NCBI GenBank assembly: GCA_022842645.1
Contig: JALHPE010000001.1
Location: 71,711 to 135,710 of the forward strand
Source: Minisyncoccota bacterium
GTDB lineage: Bacteria > Patescibacteriota > Minisyncoccia > Phycocordibacterales > UBA2100
Direction: 5' to 3'
DNA: 64,000 nt
The first letter of the stretch is position 1; the number at the start of each line of letters is the position of its first letter. The notes under the pieces were generated by a model that searched no databases, was not told the origin of the DNA, and saw nothing but the letters and a program-made list of their open reading frames with translations. Below are positions 38,720 through 47,492 of this stretch, piece after piece. The position numbers were made by a program, and so were the translations under genes.

Positions 38720-38805
38720 CGTACACCCTTTCTGTTATGCCTACCGACAGCATACGACAACGACACCTGTTTCCAAAGTGAGACACTCGAGCATGTGTTC
38801 ACGAC

Positions 38806-39174
38806 TTAGAACCACGCCTCTAACCACCCACGCATAATCTCCACCTCGCCTGTCTGTGCAGAGATAATATTTTCTCCTAGCATCTTAAGTTCCGGACGCT
38901 GTGTGTTTGCAAGAAGTATCTCTGCCATCTCAATCGCACCTTCGTGATGCACAATCATGTCTTCAAGAAATACTTTATCGAGAGCATCGCCCGTCTTCCC
39001 TTGCATATTTGCTGTCATGCCCTGCATTGCGCCGTGCATAGTTGCATTTTGCATCACCGTGCCATCTGGCATCGTATGTATGCCCGTTTCGGGTGCAGGT
39101 GACGGGACAAAAGATGCGCCGAAGAAGCCAAGTGCGACCGAGACGAGTGCGATTCCAATCATTTTTATATCCAT
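38806..39174 (-). CDS. DUF305 (half-size) protein
   Basis: HTMPDG, MIVHHEGAIEMA. Confidence 0.88.
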   Translation of the reverse strand: MDIKMIGIALVSVALGFFGASFVPSPAPETGIHTMPDGTVMQNATMHGAMQGMTANMQGKTGDALDKVFLEDMIVHHEGAIEMAEILLANTQRPELKMLGENIISAQTGEVEIMRGWLEAWF

Positions 39175-39177
39175 AAA

Positions 39178-39630
39178 TTAGTTAGTCCCAGCAGGAAGTG
39201 ATTCACACACGCGACCGTCTTTATCGCCGTCGAGCCGGAAGACGTCCATGTTTTTGCCAAGCTCGGAGCAGCGGCTGTAAACACTCATTGCTTCTGCTTG
39301 TGTTTTAAAATCAGAACAGTTGTAATCAATTTCTGCGGAATTACAGAATGAATCAACGTTAATAAGGTTTCCCCCTGCATCGCGCTGAATCTTGGCCGCG
39401 CTCATCGAGCCAGTCTCCCAGGCCTTTCCAAGATCGTAATCAGTATTCGCTACTTCCATGCCGAACGCGCCAAGAAGAAGCGCCATAGCAACGCCAAGCG
39501 CTGCTTTTGCCCAAGTTCCTTTGACGAAGAAGAAAAGAATGGCGACAAGTACGATAAGCCCACCAATAATCCACAGGCGCACCTTCTTGGATTCACGCCA
39601 CGAAGGTTGCTTTATAGAGTCGTTTTCCAT
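39178..39630 (-). CDS. Membrane protein with Excalibur Ca-binding domain
   Basis: YNCSDFKTQAEA...LDGDKDGRVCE. Confidence 0.85.
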   Translation of the reverse strand: MENDSIKQPSWRESKKVRLWIIGGLIVLVAILFFFVKGTWAKAALGVAMALLLGAFGMEVANTDYDLGKAWETGSMSAAKIQRDAGGNLINVDSFCNSAEIDYNCSDFKTQAEAMSVYSRCSELGKNMDVFRLDGDKDGRVCESLPAGTN

Positions 39631-39648
39631 ACCAGGATTTTAGCATGG

Positions 39649-39678
39649 GGCTGGAGGGGCGCTAGCGCCCCTCCAGCC
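39649..39678. repeat. Perfect 30-bp palindrome between divergent promoters
   Basis: GGCTGGAGGGGCGCT|AGCGCCCCTCCAGCC. Confidence 0.85.
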
Positions 39679-39733
39679 TCCCTGTATACTTATTATGTAC
39701 ATTATTAATACTATCAATAACGCATACATCTAC

Positions 39734-40171
39734 ATGAATATGCTGAATTGCAATTGTGGAAGCGGCTGGAGCGAATACGCACACCTCTTTCTCCGCGTCG
39801 TTTTGGGTCTCGTCTTCTTTATGCACGGCTGGCAGAAAGTGTTTGAAACCGGCATTCCTGGAGTCACTGGCTTTCTTGGAAGCCTGGGCTTCCCTGCACC
39901 AACCTTATTCGCCTACATCCTCGCCTACGGCGAACTCGTCTTTGGCGCGATGATGATCATCGGCCTTCTCACGCACTGGGCAGCGAAGTACCACATCATC
40001 GTTGCACTCGTGGCACTCTTAGCAGTACATGCAGGAAATGGCTTCTTCGTCTCAACCGGCGGTTATGAGTTCATTCTGCTCATCCTCGCGGTTTCCATCG
40101 CAATCTTCGCTATGGGTCCTGGCAAGTATTCAGTGGACGCAAAGTGGGGCAAGGGTCAAGGCGCAATGTAG
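39734..40171 (+). CDS. DoxX-family protein
   Basis: LRVVLG.VFFMHGWQK, GGYE, GPGKYSVD; start uncertain. Confidence 0.9.
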   Translation: MNMLNCNCGSGWSEYAHLFLRVVLGLVFFMHGWQKVFETGIPGVTGFLGSLGFPAPTLFAYILAYGELVFGAMMIIGLLTHWAAKYHIIVALVALLAVHAGNGFFVSTGGYEFILLILAVSIAIFAMGPGKYSVDAKWGKGQGAM

Positions 40172-40174
40172 TCT

Positions 40175-40723
40175 ATGCAGAATTTCCTCGTTGCGCTCGT
40201 TCTTGTACTTCTCGCTGGTGGTGGGTATTACTTATATACGGCACCGGAACCAACGCCGTCCAACACTGAGAGGGATCGTTCCTCAAATAGCATGCCAACA
40301 GGCATGATGGAGGACGGTACAGAACCCGTAGCACCGACCAATCCTTCGCCGACACCACGTGGTGTTGTTGAAATCGAAACGGATGCGAGCGCTTCTGCAG
40401 GAACGGGCGTTCCGAGCACAGGCGCAAGTGCAACAGCAGAAGCGACACTCAAAGAGATTACCGTCACATCTACTGGTATGGCGTTTAATCAGAAAACACT
40501 CGCCGTAAAGAAGGGCGACCGTGTGCGCATTACCTACACCAACGGTGGTGGCACACACGACCTCCGCATCGAAGGCTACAATGTTGGCACGAAGGTCATG
40601 CAAGGTGGCGTTTCGGAAACATTCGAATTCGTCGCGGACAAAGCGGGTACCTTTGAGTACTACTGCTCAGTAGGAAGTCATCGCCAGGCTGGCATGAAAG
40701 GGACCTTAACGGTCACAGAGTAA
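40175..40723 (+). CDS. Membrane-anchored cupredoxin
   Basis: HDL...YYCSVGSHRQAGMKG type-1 copper site. Confidence 0.9.
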   Translation: MQNFLVALVLVLLAGGGYYLYTAPEPTPSNTERDRSSNSMPTGMMEDGTEPVAPTNPSPTPRGVVEIETDASASAGTGVPSTGASATAEATLKEITVTSTGMAFNQKTLAVKKGDRVRITYTNGGGTHDLRIEGYNVGTKVMQGGVSETFEFVADKAGTFEYYCSVGSHRQAGMKGTLTVTE

Positions 40724-40744
40724 AATAACTCACGCATAAAGATT

Positions 40745-40777
40745 GAAGCACCGAGTGATCGGTGCTTCTTTCTTTTT
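40745..40777 (+). terminator. Intrinsic terminator
   Basis: GAAGCACCGA-gtga-TCGGTGCTTC followed by a T-tract. Confidence 0.8.
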
Positions 40778-41021
40778 AGTGGAGCGGGACTATCTCCAAC
40801 TCCCCATCCATAGCGTGGCTAAGAACTGCTTTCCGCGTGTCAGTGACTGCAATGAGCGTACCATCCGCAGCATGAAGTGAGAAAAGATTCCCTGTCTTAG
40901 GAAGACCCTCCACCATGGGAAACATAGTTTGCGCCTGCTTCGGGGTAAGCACTTTGACGTAACCCACTTCCCCCCTACCCAAGCGCGATAGTTCCAATTC
41001 ACTTATACCAGGACTACTCAT
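40776..41021 (-). CDS. DUF1150-family protein
   Basis: VGYVK, LFSLHAADGT.IAV, C-terminal VPLH; AAGGAGG SD. Confidence 0.8.
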   Translation of the reverse strand: MSSPGISELELSRLGRGEVGYVKVLTPKQAQTMFPMVEGLPKTGNLFSLHAADGTLIAVTDTRKAVLSHAMDGELEIVPLH

Positions 41022-41134
41022 GTTCGCCTCCTTGGCTCGAGCTAATCCTTGTATCAGACTAGCAACCCCCATAAAACGCGCAAGCATGTTGTGCAAGATG
41101 TGCCTCCCCTCCCCGTCTGTCTATACTAATAAGT

Positions 41135-41797
41135 ATGCACCCCCTCATTCTGATCCTCACACTCATTCTACTTGCCACACCATTCGTATTTCCCCAGACA
41201 CCACTTGAGCCAAGTACGTCAGTGCAAGAGATTGCCGTGGTACAGGAAGAAAAACCCGCCGAACTACCGCAAGGAGCGATTGCTGACGAACCAAAACCGA
41301 TTGCAAAAACAGCACGTCCTTTGCCTCCCCCACCGCCGAAGAAAGAGTCGGTGCAAACCAAACCCACATTCCCTCCAGGTGACTCGCTCTCATTCCTACT
41401 TGAAGAAAAGATTCTTGTTTTCACAAACACCGAACGCTCACGCCGCAATCTCCAAACACTCGAACCAAATACCGTTCTTGCCAGTACCGCGCGAATGCAT
41501 AGCGCGGACATGCTCGCACGCGATTATTTTGAGCATGAAAACCCTGATGGCTGCTCATCTTCTTGTCGCGCAACAAACGCAGGATATGCATGGCGCATGA
41601 TTGGAGAAAATCTCTATATGCTCGAAGGCTTTGATTTCTCCACAGACGAAACCGCAGCGATGATAGTTTCCGGCTGGATGGAATCTCCCGGGCATCGCGC
41701 AAATATTTTAAAAGAAGGCTACACGGAAACCGGCGTTGGGGTGATTGTGAAAGGAAGTGCAATCTACGCCACCGTCCTCTACGCCACCCCACGCTAA
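41135..41797 (+). CDS. CAP/SCP-domain protein
   Basis: TNTER, HSADM, YFEH, GENL, WMESPGHRANIL. Confidence 0.92.
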   Translation: MHPLILILTLILLATPFVFPQTPLEPSTSVQEIAVVQEEKPAELPQGAIADEPKPIAKTARPLPPPPPKKESVQTKPTFPPGDSLSFLLEEKILVFTNTERSRRNLQTLEPNTVLASTARMHSADMLARDYFEHENPDGCSSSCRATNAGYAWRMIGENLYMLEGFDFSTDETAAMIVSGWMESPGHRANILKEGYTETGVGVIVKGSAIYATVLYATPR

Positions 41798-41800
41798 CCC

Positions 41801-41825
41801 ATGTGGGACTTCGTAAGTCCCACAT
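41801..41825. repeat. REP-like palindrome, family B copy 2
   Basis: ATGTGGGACTT-cgt-AAGTCCCACAT; loop is the reverse complement of copy 1. Confidence 0.8.
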
Positions 41826-42736
41826 CAAGAACCACGGAGTATAGTGTCGCTGATGGTGCCTACTTTTTTGCGGAGGAAGTCTGTCGCGGCCTCGAAGGTG
41901 ACGGTTGCAAGATCATCGTTCGGATCTGCTGCCTTGTAGGCTGTTTGGATCGCTTCATCAATTTCCTCTGCAAGGTTTGCGCGGGAGAAAAACGTACGAA
42001 GGAACCAGCGATACCACGGAAGCTTCACCGAGACACGCTCTTCGAGAGTTGGCGCGGCGGGAATGATGGAGACGCGCACTGGGAACGACCACGGGAGAAA
42101 GCCCAGTAGATAACCACGCGAACGATACACAATATCGACGCGCGTTGCGGAAAGTGTTGCTTCTTCAAAGTTGGAATCGCGCACAGCTGTTGAAGCGGCG
42201 ATGAGTCCGCGCTCGCGCGCCGAGGCGCCATTTCCTCTCTTCCAAAACGTCAGAAACTCTGAGAATGTGCTATTTTCCCTGAAGATATCGCGCACACGAG
42301 ACGCAACAATGCGCACGAATCCTCCCTCGAAATCAATACCGCCGGAACCGAGGACACCTCCCTCTCCAAACGAACCAAAGAGCGCGCCGCCAGTCAGAAG
42401 CGCGTTCCACACCGTCTCTTCGCTGGCAGCACCTGAGCCTGAATTAGAACCTGCGCCTGAACCGCTTCCGGTTCCCTGCGAGCTACCTGGATTCGTACCC
42501 GGCGTAGTCGTTGGCGTTGATGTGGGTGTCGAAGCGCCACTACCTACACCCGTGCCAGAACCTCCAGAAGAACCTGAGCCACCTCCGCCAGTATTCACTC
42601 CCCCCACCCATCCCGGTGGTTCCGGCGGCTCGCCATCTCCCACTTCAATCGTTTCGGTGTTGTTATAAAAAATCGCATGCGCGGAGAGTGGCAGGATGCA
42701 CAGTACAAAAAGAAACGCGAATATCCCCTTTCGCAT
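41825..42736 (-). CDS. Secreted protein with Gly/Ser/Thr-rich linker
   Basis: Signal peptide, low-complexity GS/PT tract, LLGFLP..KLPWY domain. Confidence 0.8.
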   Translation of the reverse strand: MRKGIFAFLFVLCILPLSAHAIFYNNTETIEVGDGEPPEPPGWVGGVNTGGGGSGSSGGSGTGVGSGASTPTSTPTTTPGTNPGSSQGTGSGSGAGSNSGSGAASEETVWNALLTGGALFGSFGEGGVLGSGGIDFEGGFVRIVASRVRDIFRENSTFSEFLTFWKRGNGASARERGLIAASTAVRDSNFEEATLSATRVDIVYRSRGYLLGFLPWSFPVRVSIIPAAPTLEERVSVKLPWYRWFLRTFFSRANLAEEIDEAIQTAYKAADPNDDLATVTFEAATDFLRKKVGTISDTILRGS

Positions 42737-42777
42737 GTAATAACTGTAGCATGCGGGCGGCGCCGGACGCGCCGCGC

Positions 42778-43407
42778 CTACAGAGCGTGATATAAAAGCA
42801 GTGCAAGAAGTGAATAGGTGGCTATGTTCACCGGATTAGAGCGCGCAAACATCTTAAGGGAACCGCCGAGGACATCGCTGCGCACAAACGGGAGGCCCTC
42901 AAGCGTAACGCCGTCGTACACTTCGTCGAGCATAAGATGTGTGAGGTAGCCAAGCGCCATCGCACCACCAAAAAGAAATGCGTGCGTCTCAGAAAGGCCA
43001 TACTCGCGCGCCAGCACGAACGCTCCTAATCCCGCTATCGCGAGCGCAGGAAGCGAGTGGAACATGCCGCGGTGGTGCGTGAGCCTCTTTATGATAGCGC
43101 CCACTACGAACCACGTGAACGCAACTGCTCCCACAGGCACACCCACAAGAAAACGCCAATCGGTTGTAAGCGGAAGCGCGTAGAGAAGTGCAACTCCTCC
43201 CACACTTACCGTCATCGCCCCAAACACAAGATAAAAAGGCATGCTCGAATCGCTATCAACGTCTGGCAAAAATGACCCGATCACTGCCGTAAGAAACAAG
43301 AGTCCGAGAAGTGCCACATCTGTCGCAAATGCATAGACATACACAACCACGACAAAAAGTACCGCGGTCACGGCCCCCCAGCCGATATGCTCGCGGAACA
43401 TCGCCAT
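42778..43407 (-). CDS. YdjM-like metal-dependent membrane hydrolase
   Basis: GSFLPDVD, HRGMFHSL, HLMLD. Confidence 0.88.
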   Translation of the reverse strand: MAMFREHIGWGAVTAVLFVVVVYVYAFATDVALLGLLFLTAVIGSFLPDVDSDSSMPFYLVFGAMTVSVGGVALLYALPLTTDWRFLVGVPVGAVAFTWFVVGAIIKRLTHHRGMFHSLPALAIAGLGAFVLAREYGLSETHAFLFGGAMALGYLTHLMLDEVYDGVTLEGLPFVRSDVLGGSLKMFARSNPVNIATYSLLALLLYHAL

Positions 43408-43408
43408 G

Positions 43409-44551
43409 CTACACCTCGCGGAAAGTAGTGATTGTCATCGTCTGATTATGCAAAAGACATTGACGCTCACCTTCAGGGCCTGGGCAGAGCTCTCCGTAAG
43501 AATAGAAACCTGCAACATACGCTTGTGCACCGAGAGTGGTACGCACAGCATTCACCTCTTCTGGGATACGTTCACCAAACACGAGTTTGCGCCCGACACA
43601 ACTCACGAGAATCGCAAGCTCGGGGGTAGCGAGACCCATCTGTCGCATACTTAACGACGCTGCAGTGGAAGCGCCGGCAATAAGTTTATCAAGTGTTGCT
43701 TTCATAAATTCAACTTCGGTTCCCTCGGGCATGTCCCCCGCAAATGTCATACTCTGATCCGCTTCATTGACGCCTAGAATCGTACGAACGAAATCCGCTT
43801 GCGATGCAGTGTGGAGCTTGAGTGGAAATAAAAGTGCCGAACTCGGAAGTCCAGAAACTTTTTCGCCCAAATATTCTTTGTAGATTGCGAGCGCTGGTTT
43901 TCCATCCATCTCATAGAGTACGTTCCCTTTTGATTTAGTGATGGTGTGCTTCCCGCCACCACCCTCCCACCCTCCCATTGAGCCATATCCAACCTTCAAA
44001 GAATCACCATAAAATCCAAGAAGTACGACCTTGCGCGCTTCACCTGGACTGTCCCGTCCCACTGCAGTTTCTTTAAAGTCTGTACCGTCACCCACGAGCC
44101 CACCCGTCACAGTAACGGAAACAGGTAGGTTGTCGTTAATCCCCTTTACTAAAAGTGAACCGTTCACGTTGAGGCCATCAGAAAAGACCATCGCGTGCAC
44201 CAAGCCCTCCACAGGAAGAAACTCCGCGAGTCGCTTACCCACACCCAAACTTTCTTCTACTGTAGGAATGGTTGTTTCGGTAAAACGCACGAGTGATTTT
44301 TCAAAATGCACCGCCGTAAGCGCAATAGAACCTTCGCGCACTTCGGTTCCCAGAATTTCTCCCGCCGTGGAACACATGACGATATAGGCACCCGGATAAA
44401 AATTGCGGATCTGTTGGTACACGGTACCCTGCGTAACTAGTGCACGAGCACCAAAGACAAACACCACTTGCGGCGCGCCGCCGCTAGGAACGTGCGTTGT
44501 CGTCTCCCACCCCTTTTCACTTGTCCAAAGTTTTTGTTCTACGTGGATCAT
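43409..44551 (-). CDS. FIST-domain protein
   Basis: CSTAGEI, GGLVGD, VSCVGRK, GFYSYGE, LHNQT. Confidence 0.92.
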   Translation of the reverse strand: MIHVEQKLWTSEKGWETTTHVPSGGAPQVVFVFGARALVTQGTVYQQIRNFYPGAYIVMCSTAGEILGTEVREGSIALTAVHFEKSLVRFTETTIPTVEESLGVGKRLAEFLPVEGLVHAMVFSDGLNVNGSLLVKGINDNLPVSVTVTGGLVGDGTDFKETAVGRDSPGEARKVVLLGFYGDSLKVGYGSMGGWEGGGGKHTITKSKGNVLYEMDGKPALAIYKEYLGEKVSGLPSSALLFPLKLHTASQADFVRTILGVNEADQSMTFAGDMPEGTEVEFMKATLDKLIAGASTAASLSMRQMGLATPELAILVSCVGRKLVFGERIPEEVNAVRTTLGAQAYVAGFYSYGELCPGPEGERQCLLHNQTMTITTFREV

Positions 44552-44784
44552 TCGCTAAGTATACCTCTCTTTGGAGGGCGTTTCTCGTCTTCTTTCTTCC
44601 CCCACTGCACAAGTGCGTTTTTAGGGGATTTGTGTCCCACATACCCACCCCCGCGCTGTTTATAGAGAAGCACCGCATGCTGCATCGCGCGTGCGGAAAA
44701 CTTCCCCATTTTTTGCACCGCCTCTTTTTTGCAGAGCTCCCAGAGTGATGGATCAGTGCGTGTTGGTCGTGAATTTTTGACCAT
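44548..44784 (-). CDS. Small basic protein, DUF5872-like
   Basis: TDPSLW, FSARAMQ....YKQRGGGYVG. Confidence 0.7.
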   Translation of the reverse strand: MVKNSRPTRTDPSLWELCKKEAVQKMGKFSARAMQHAVLLYKQRGGGYVGHKSPKNALVQWGKKEDEKRPPKRGILSE

Positions 44785-44798
44785 AGTGCAAGTGTATA

Positions 44799-45524
44799 TT
44801 ATCGGCGCACATCAATCCGCATAAAATCGTGTGGTAGCGACGCTTCAAATACTAAAGGCTCACCAAAAAGAGAAAGCTCGATACGAAGCGCGTGGAGCGC
44901 GAGGCGAGTAAACTCCAGAAGCGCGGGTTTCCCCTCACCATAGAGATTATCGGCGATAATCGGATGCCCGATTGAGGAAAGATGTACGCGAATCTGGTGT
45001 GTGCGTCCAGTTTGCGGCTTAACCTCAATAAGAGAAACGGGCTCTCCTCCTTCTGCCGACAGATGTCGCAGAGGCCGCCACGCAGTAATCGCCGCACGCG
45101 GATGTTCTTTTGTGCATGGTTTTGCGAACCAGCGCTTGGGCGCCTCGCTCGTACGTGCGATTTCTGCCACAATCTCCCCCTCGTTCTCCATGTGCCCGTG
45201 TACGTATGCGAGATAGGTTTTCTTCACCCGCCGCGCCCTAAATTCTTCTTTAAGTGCCACAAATGTTTCCTCGTCCTTCGCCACTAAAACCACGCCACTC
45301 GTCTGCTTATCCAAACGATGTACTACACCATTCAAGGGAACCTCCTCTCCCTGCGGCGAAACCCACGCACCGCCAACGCCGCGCAGTTCAGGGTACCGCT
45401 CCCCCACCCACTCAGAAAGCGAGGTCTCTTCATTTCTTCCATCGCGGTGCGTAATAAGCCCCGCAGGCTTTGCGATGGCGAGGAGGTTTGGCGTTTCAGC
45501 GATAATCGCTACGAGATTTTGCAT
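44799..45524 (-). CDS. RluA-family pseudouridine synthase
   Basis: KPAGL, HRLDKQTSG, TGRTHQIRVH. Confidence 0.93.
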   Translation of the reverse strand: MQNLVAIIAETPNLLAIAKPAGLITHRDGRNEETSLSEWVGERYPELRGVGGAWVSPQGEEVPLNGVVHRLDKQTSGVVLVAKDEETFVALKEEFRARRVKKTYLAYVHGHMENEGEIVAEIARTSEAPKRWFAKPCTKEHPRAAITAWRPLRHLSAEGGEPVSLIEVKPQTGRTHQIRVHLSSIGHPIIADNLYGEGKPALLEFTRLALHALRIELSLFGEPLVFEASLPHDFMRIDVRR

Positions 45525-45534
45525 GTGTATGCTC

Positions 45535-46245
45535 TCAGGGCTGTGCGTGTGTTCGGCGAGACCGCGCGTGAGATGCTTGCGTCGTATCAACTATCTTTCC
45601 ATCATCGATACGCACAATACGCTCGGCAAGTGCACCATATTCATCCTCGTGAGTGACCATAATGATCGTTTGACCATCTGCATGGAGCTCTTGAAAGATA
45701 TCGAGCACTGACGCGGATGATTCTCTGTCAAGATTTGCCGTGGGTTCATCAGCAAAAAGAATACTCGGCGTGTGTGCAACTGCGCGCGCAATAGCCACAC
45801 GCTGCTGCTCACCACCAGAGAGTTTCGAAGGAAGACTCCCGAGACGCTTCTCAAGCCCAACCTTTATAAGCGCGTCTGCAGCACGGGTCTCTGCACTTGC
45901 ACGATCGAGACCTTGCATGAGAAGCGGCACGGCAACATTCTCAATAGCATTGAGCTCTGGAAGCAACGCATATTCCTGAAACACATAGCCGAACGTACGG
46001 AGTCGAAAACGCACCTTTTCACTCTCATTCATGGAGAGTGCATCGACTCCATCTATGAAAATTGACCCGGATGTTGGCACATCGAGCAGGCTCATATGAT
46101 ACATGAGTGTCGATTTGCCTGCGCCAGAGCGTCCCATAATTGCAATAAACTCCCCTGTCTTTACCGTGAGATCGATACCTTTCAAGACAGGGGTGATGAG
46201 TTCCCCAGTGACAAACGTTTTGGTAAGTGCTCGTACTTCAATCAT
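45535..46245 (-). CDS. MacB/LolD-type ABC ATPase
   Basis: GRSGAGKST, LSGGEQQRV, ADEPT. Confidence 0.95.
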   Translation of the reverse strand: MIEVRALTKTFVTGELITPVLKGIDLTVKTGEFIAIMGRSGAGKSTLMYHMSLLDVPTSGSIFIDGVDALSMNESEKVRFRLRTFGYVFQEYALLPELNAIENVAVPLLMQGLDRASAETRAADALIKVGLEKRLGSLPSKLSGGEQQRVAIARAVAHTPSILFADEPTANLDRESSASVLDIFQELHADGQTIIMVTHEDEYGALAERIVRIDDGKIVDTTQASHARSRRTHAQP

Positions 46246-46246
46246 A

Positions 46247-47491
46247 TCAATTCCGTCCCAAGATCGAATCAAGAGTGTTTTTACGAATGATCATCCACGC
46301 TGGAATATACCCCGCGATTACGGTTGCGCACACAAGAAGACCCATGCGAAATACTGTCGCATCGAGTGGCGCTACGAGAATACCGTCACTAAAGGGAAAA
46401 TTGATCGGGTTTGCCGCAAAAAAGGGTACGAGGAGCGCATACACAACGGCGATACCAATCGCTGAGCCAATGACAGCGTAAAAAATAGATTGAAACACAT
46501 ACGACCACTCAATGGCGCGGCCATTAATCCCTATGCCCTTCAAGATACCAATATATTTACGACGCGTGAAAGCGTTAATAAAGATGACGATAAAGACAGT
46601 GATTGAAGCCACAACAAGACCAATCGAGCTAAATGCCGCACCGAGCATGCTAAACGTTTTGATCATGTCTTTAAGGAATTTTGGTTGTGCATCCTCAAAG
46701 GTTTGCACCTTCGCGTACCCACCCACCCCCTGACGCACCAGAGCATCACGCACCACGCCAGGATCAACGCCATCACGCACCTTAATAGCAATTTCATCTA
46801 CATTACCGTCACTGCGGCCGATGAGTCCGCGGAGCTGCGCATCAACCATAAACGCCGAAAGAGATATTTCATCCACTTTCGCAAATAGAATGCCTTTCAC
46901 GGTTACTTCTCGCATAACATCACCTACACGAAGACGAATCTTTGTGCCTACTCCCACATTCTCCAATGTTGAAAATGCAGGGGTCTCAATGGGAAGATAT
47001 TGTTTGAGCAGATAGTGACCAAGTACCACCTGATCAAAATCGCCCGGTTCAAGAAACGAGCCCTCGATAATACCGTCAGCAAGCCCTGTTACCTCATGCT
47101 CGAAGCGAGGGTCAATACCTACAACCTGGCCCCCCGCAGTATTGGGTTTGTCGGTCTCTCGACGCGTCTTGTAATTCGCCTCAAGAACGCCGCTCTCACG
47201 GTAGCGAGGCGTAAATGCATCTATCTGCGGAATAGTGGAAACAATTGTGATGATATTTTGACTATTCTCTATGTAATCTTTATCGGGTAGTGCAGAAATA
47301 ATGACATCGCTGGTGTAGCGAGCACGCGTTGCATCCACTGCCCCCTGAATCAATCCAACCAAAATACCCGATACGACTACGAGGTTTAAAAATGTGAGTA
47401 CCATCACAAATACGATGAGGCCGGTGGTCCACAAACTCGCACGCCGTATCTGGCGAAGTGCAAGATAGAAACCAACACGCGCGTTGATCAT
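46247..47491 (-). CDS. FtsX/MacB-like ABC permease
   Basis: TM, large extracytoplasmic domain, then 3 TM; IGILKGIG. Confidence 0.9.
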   Translation of the reverse strand: MINARVGFYLALRQIRRASLWTTGLIVFVMVLTFLNLVVVSGILVGLIQGAVDATRARYTSDVIISALPDKDYIENSQNIITIVSTIPQIDAFTPRYRESGVLEANYKTRRETDKPNTAGGQVVGIDPRFEHEVTGLADGIIEGSFLEPGDFDQVVLGHYLLKQYLPIETPAFSTLENVGVGTKIRLRVGDVMREVTVKGILFAKVDEISLSAFMVDAQLRGLIGRSDGNVDEIAIKVRDGVDPGVVRDALVRQGVGGYAKVQTFEDAQPKFLKDMIKTFSMLGAAFSSIGLVVASITVFIVIFINAFTRRKYIGILKGIGINGRAIEWSYVFQSIFYAVIGSAIGIAVVYALLVPFFAANPINFPFSDGILVAPLDATVFRMGLLVCATVIAGYIPAWMIIRKNTLDSILGRN

Positions 47492-47492
47492 G

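Noticed and set aside
42420-42640. Low-complexity repeat tract
   Set aside because: Encodes a Gly/Ser/Pro/Thr linker, not a DNA-level repeat element
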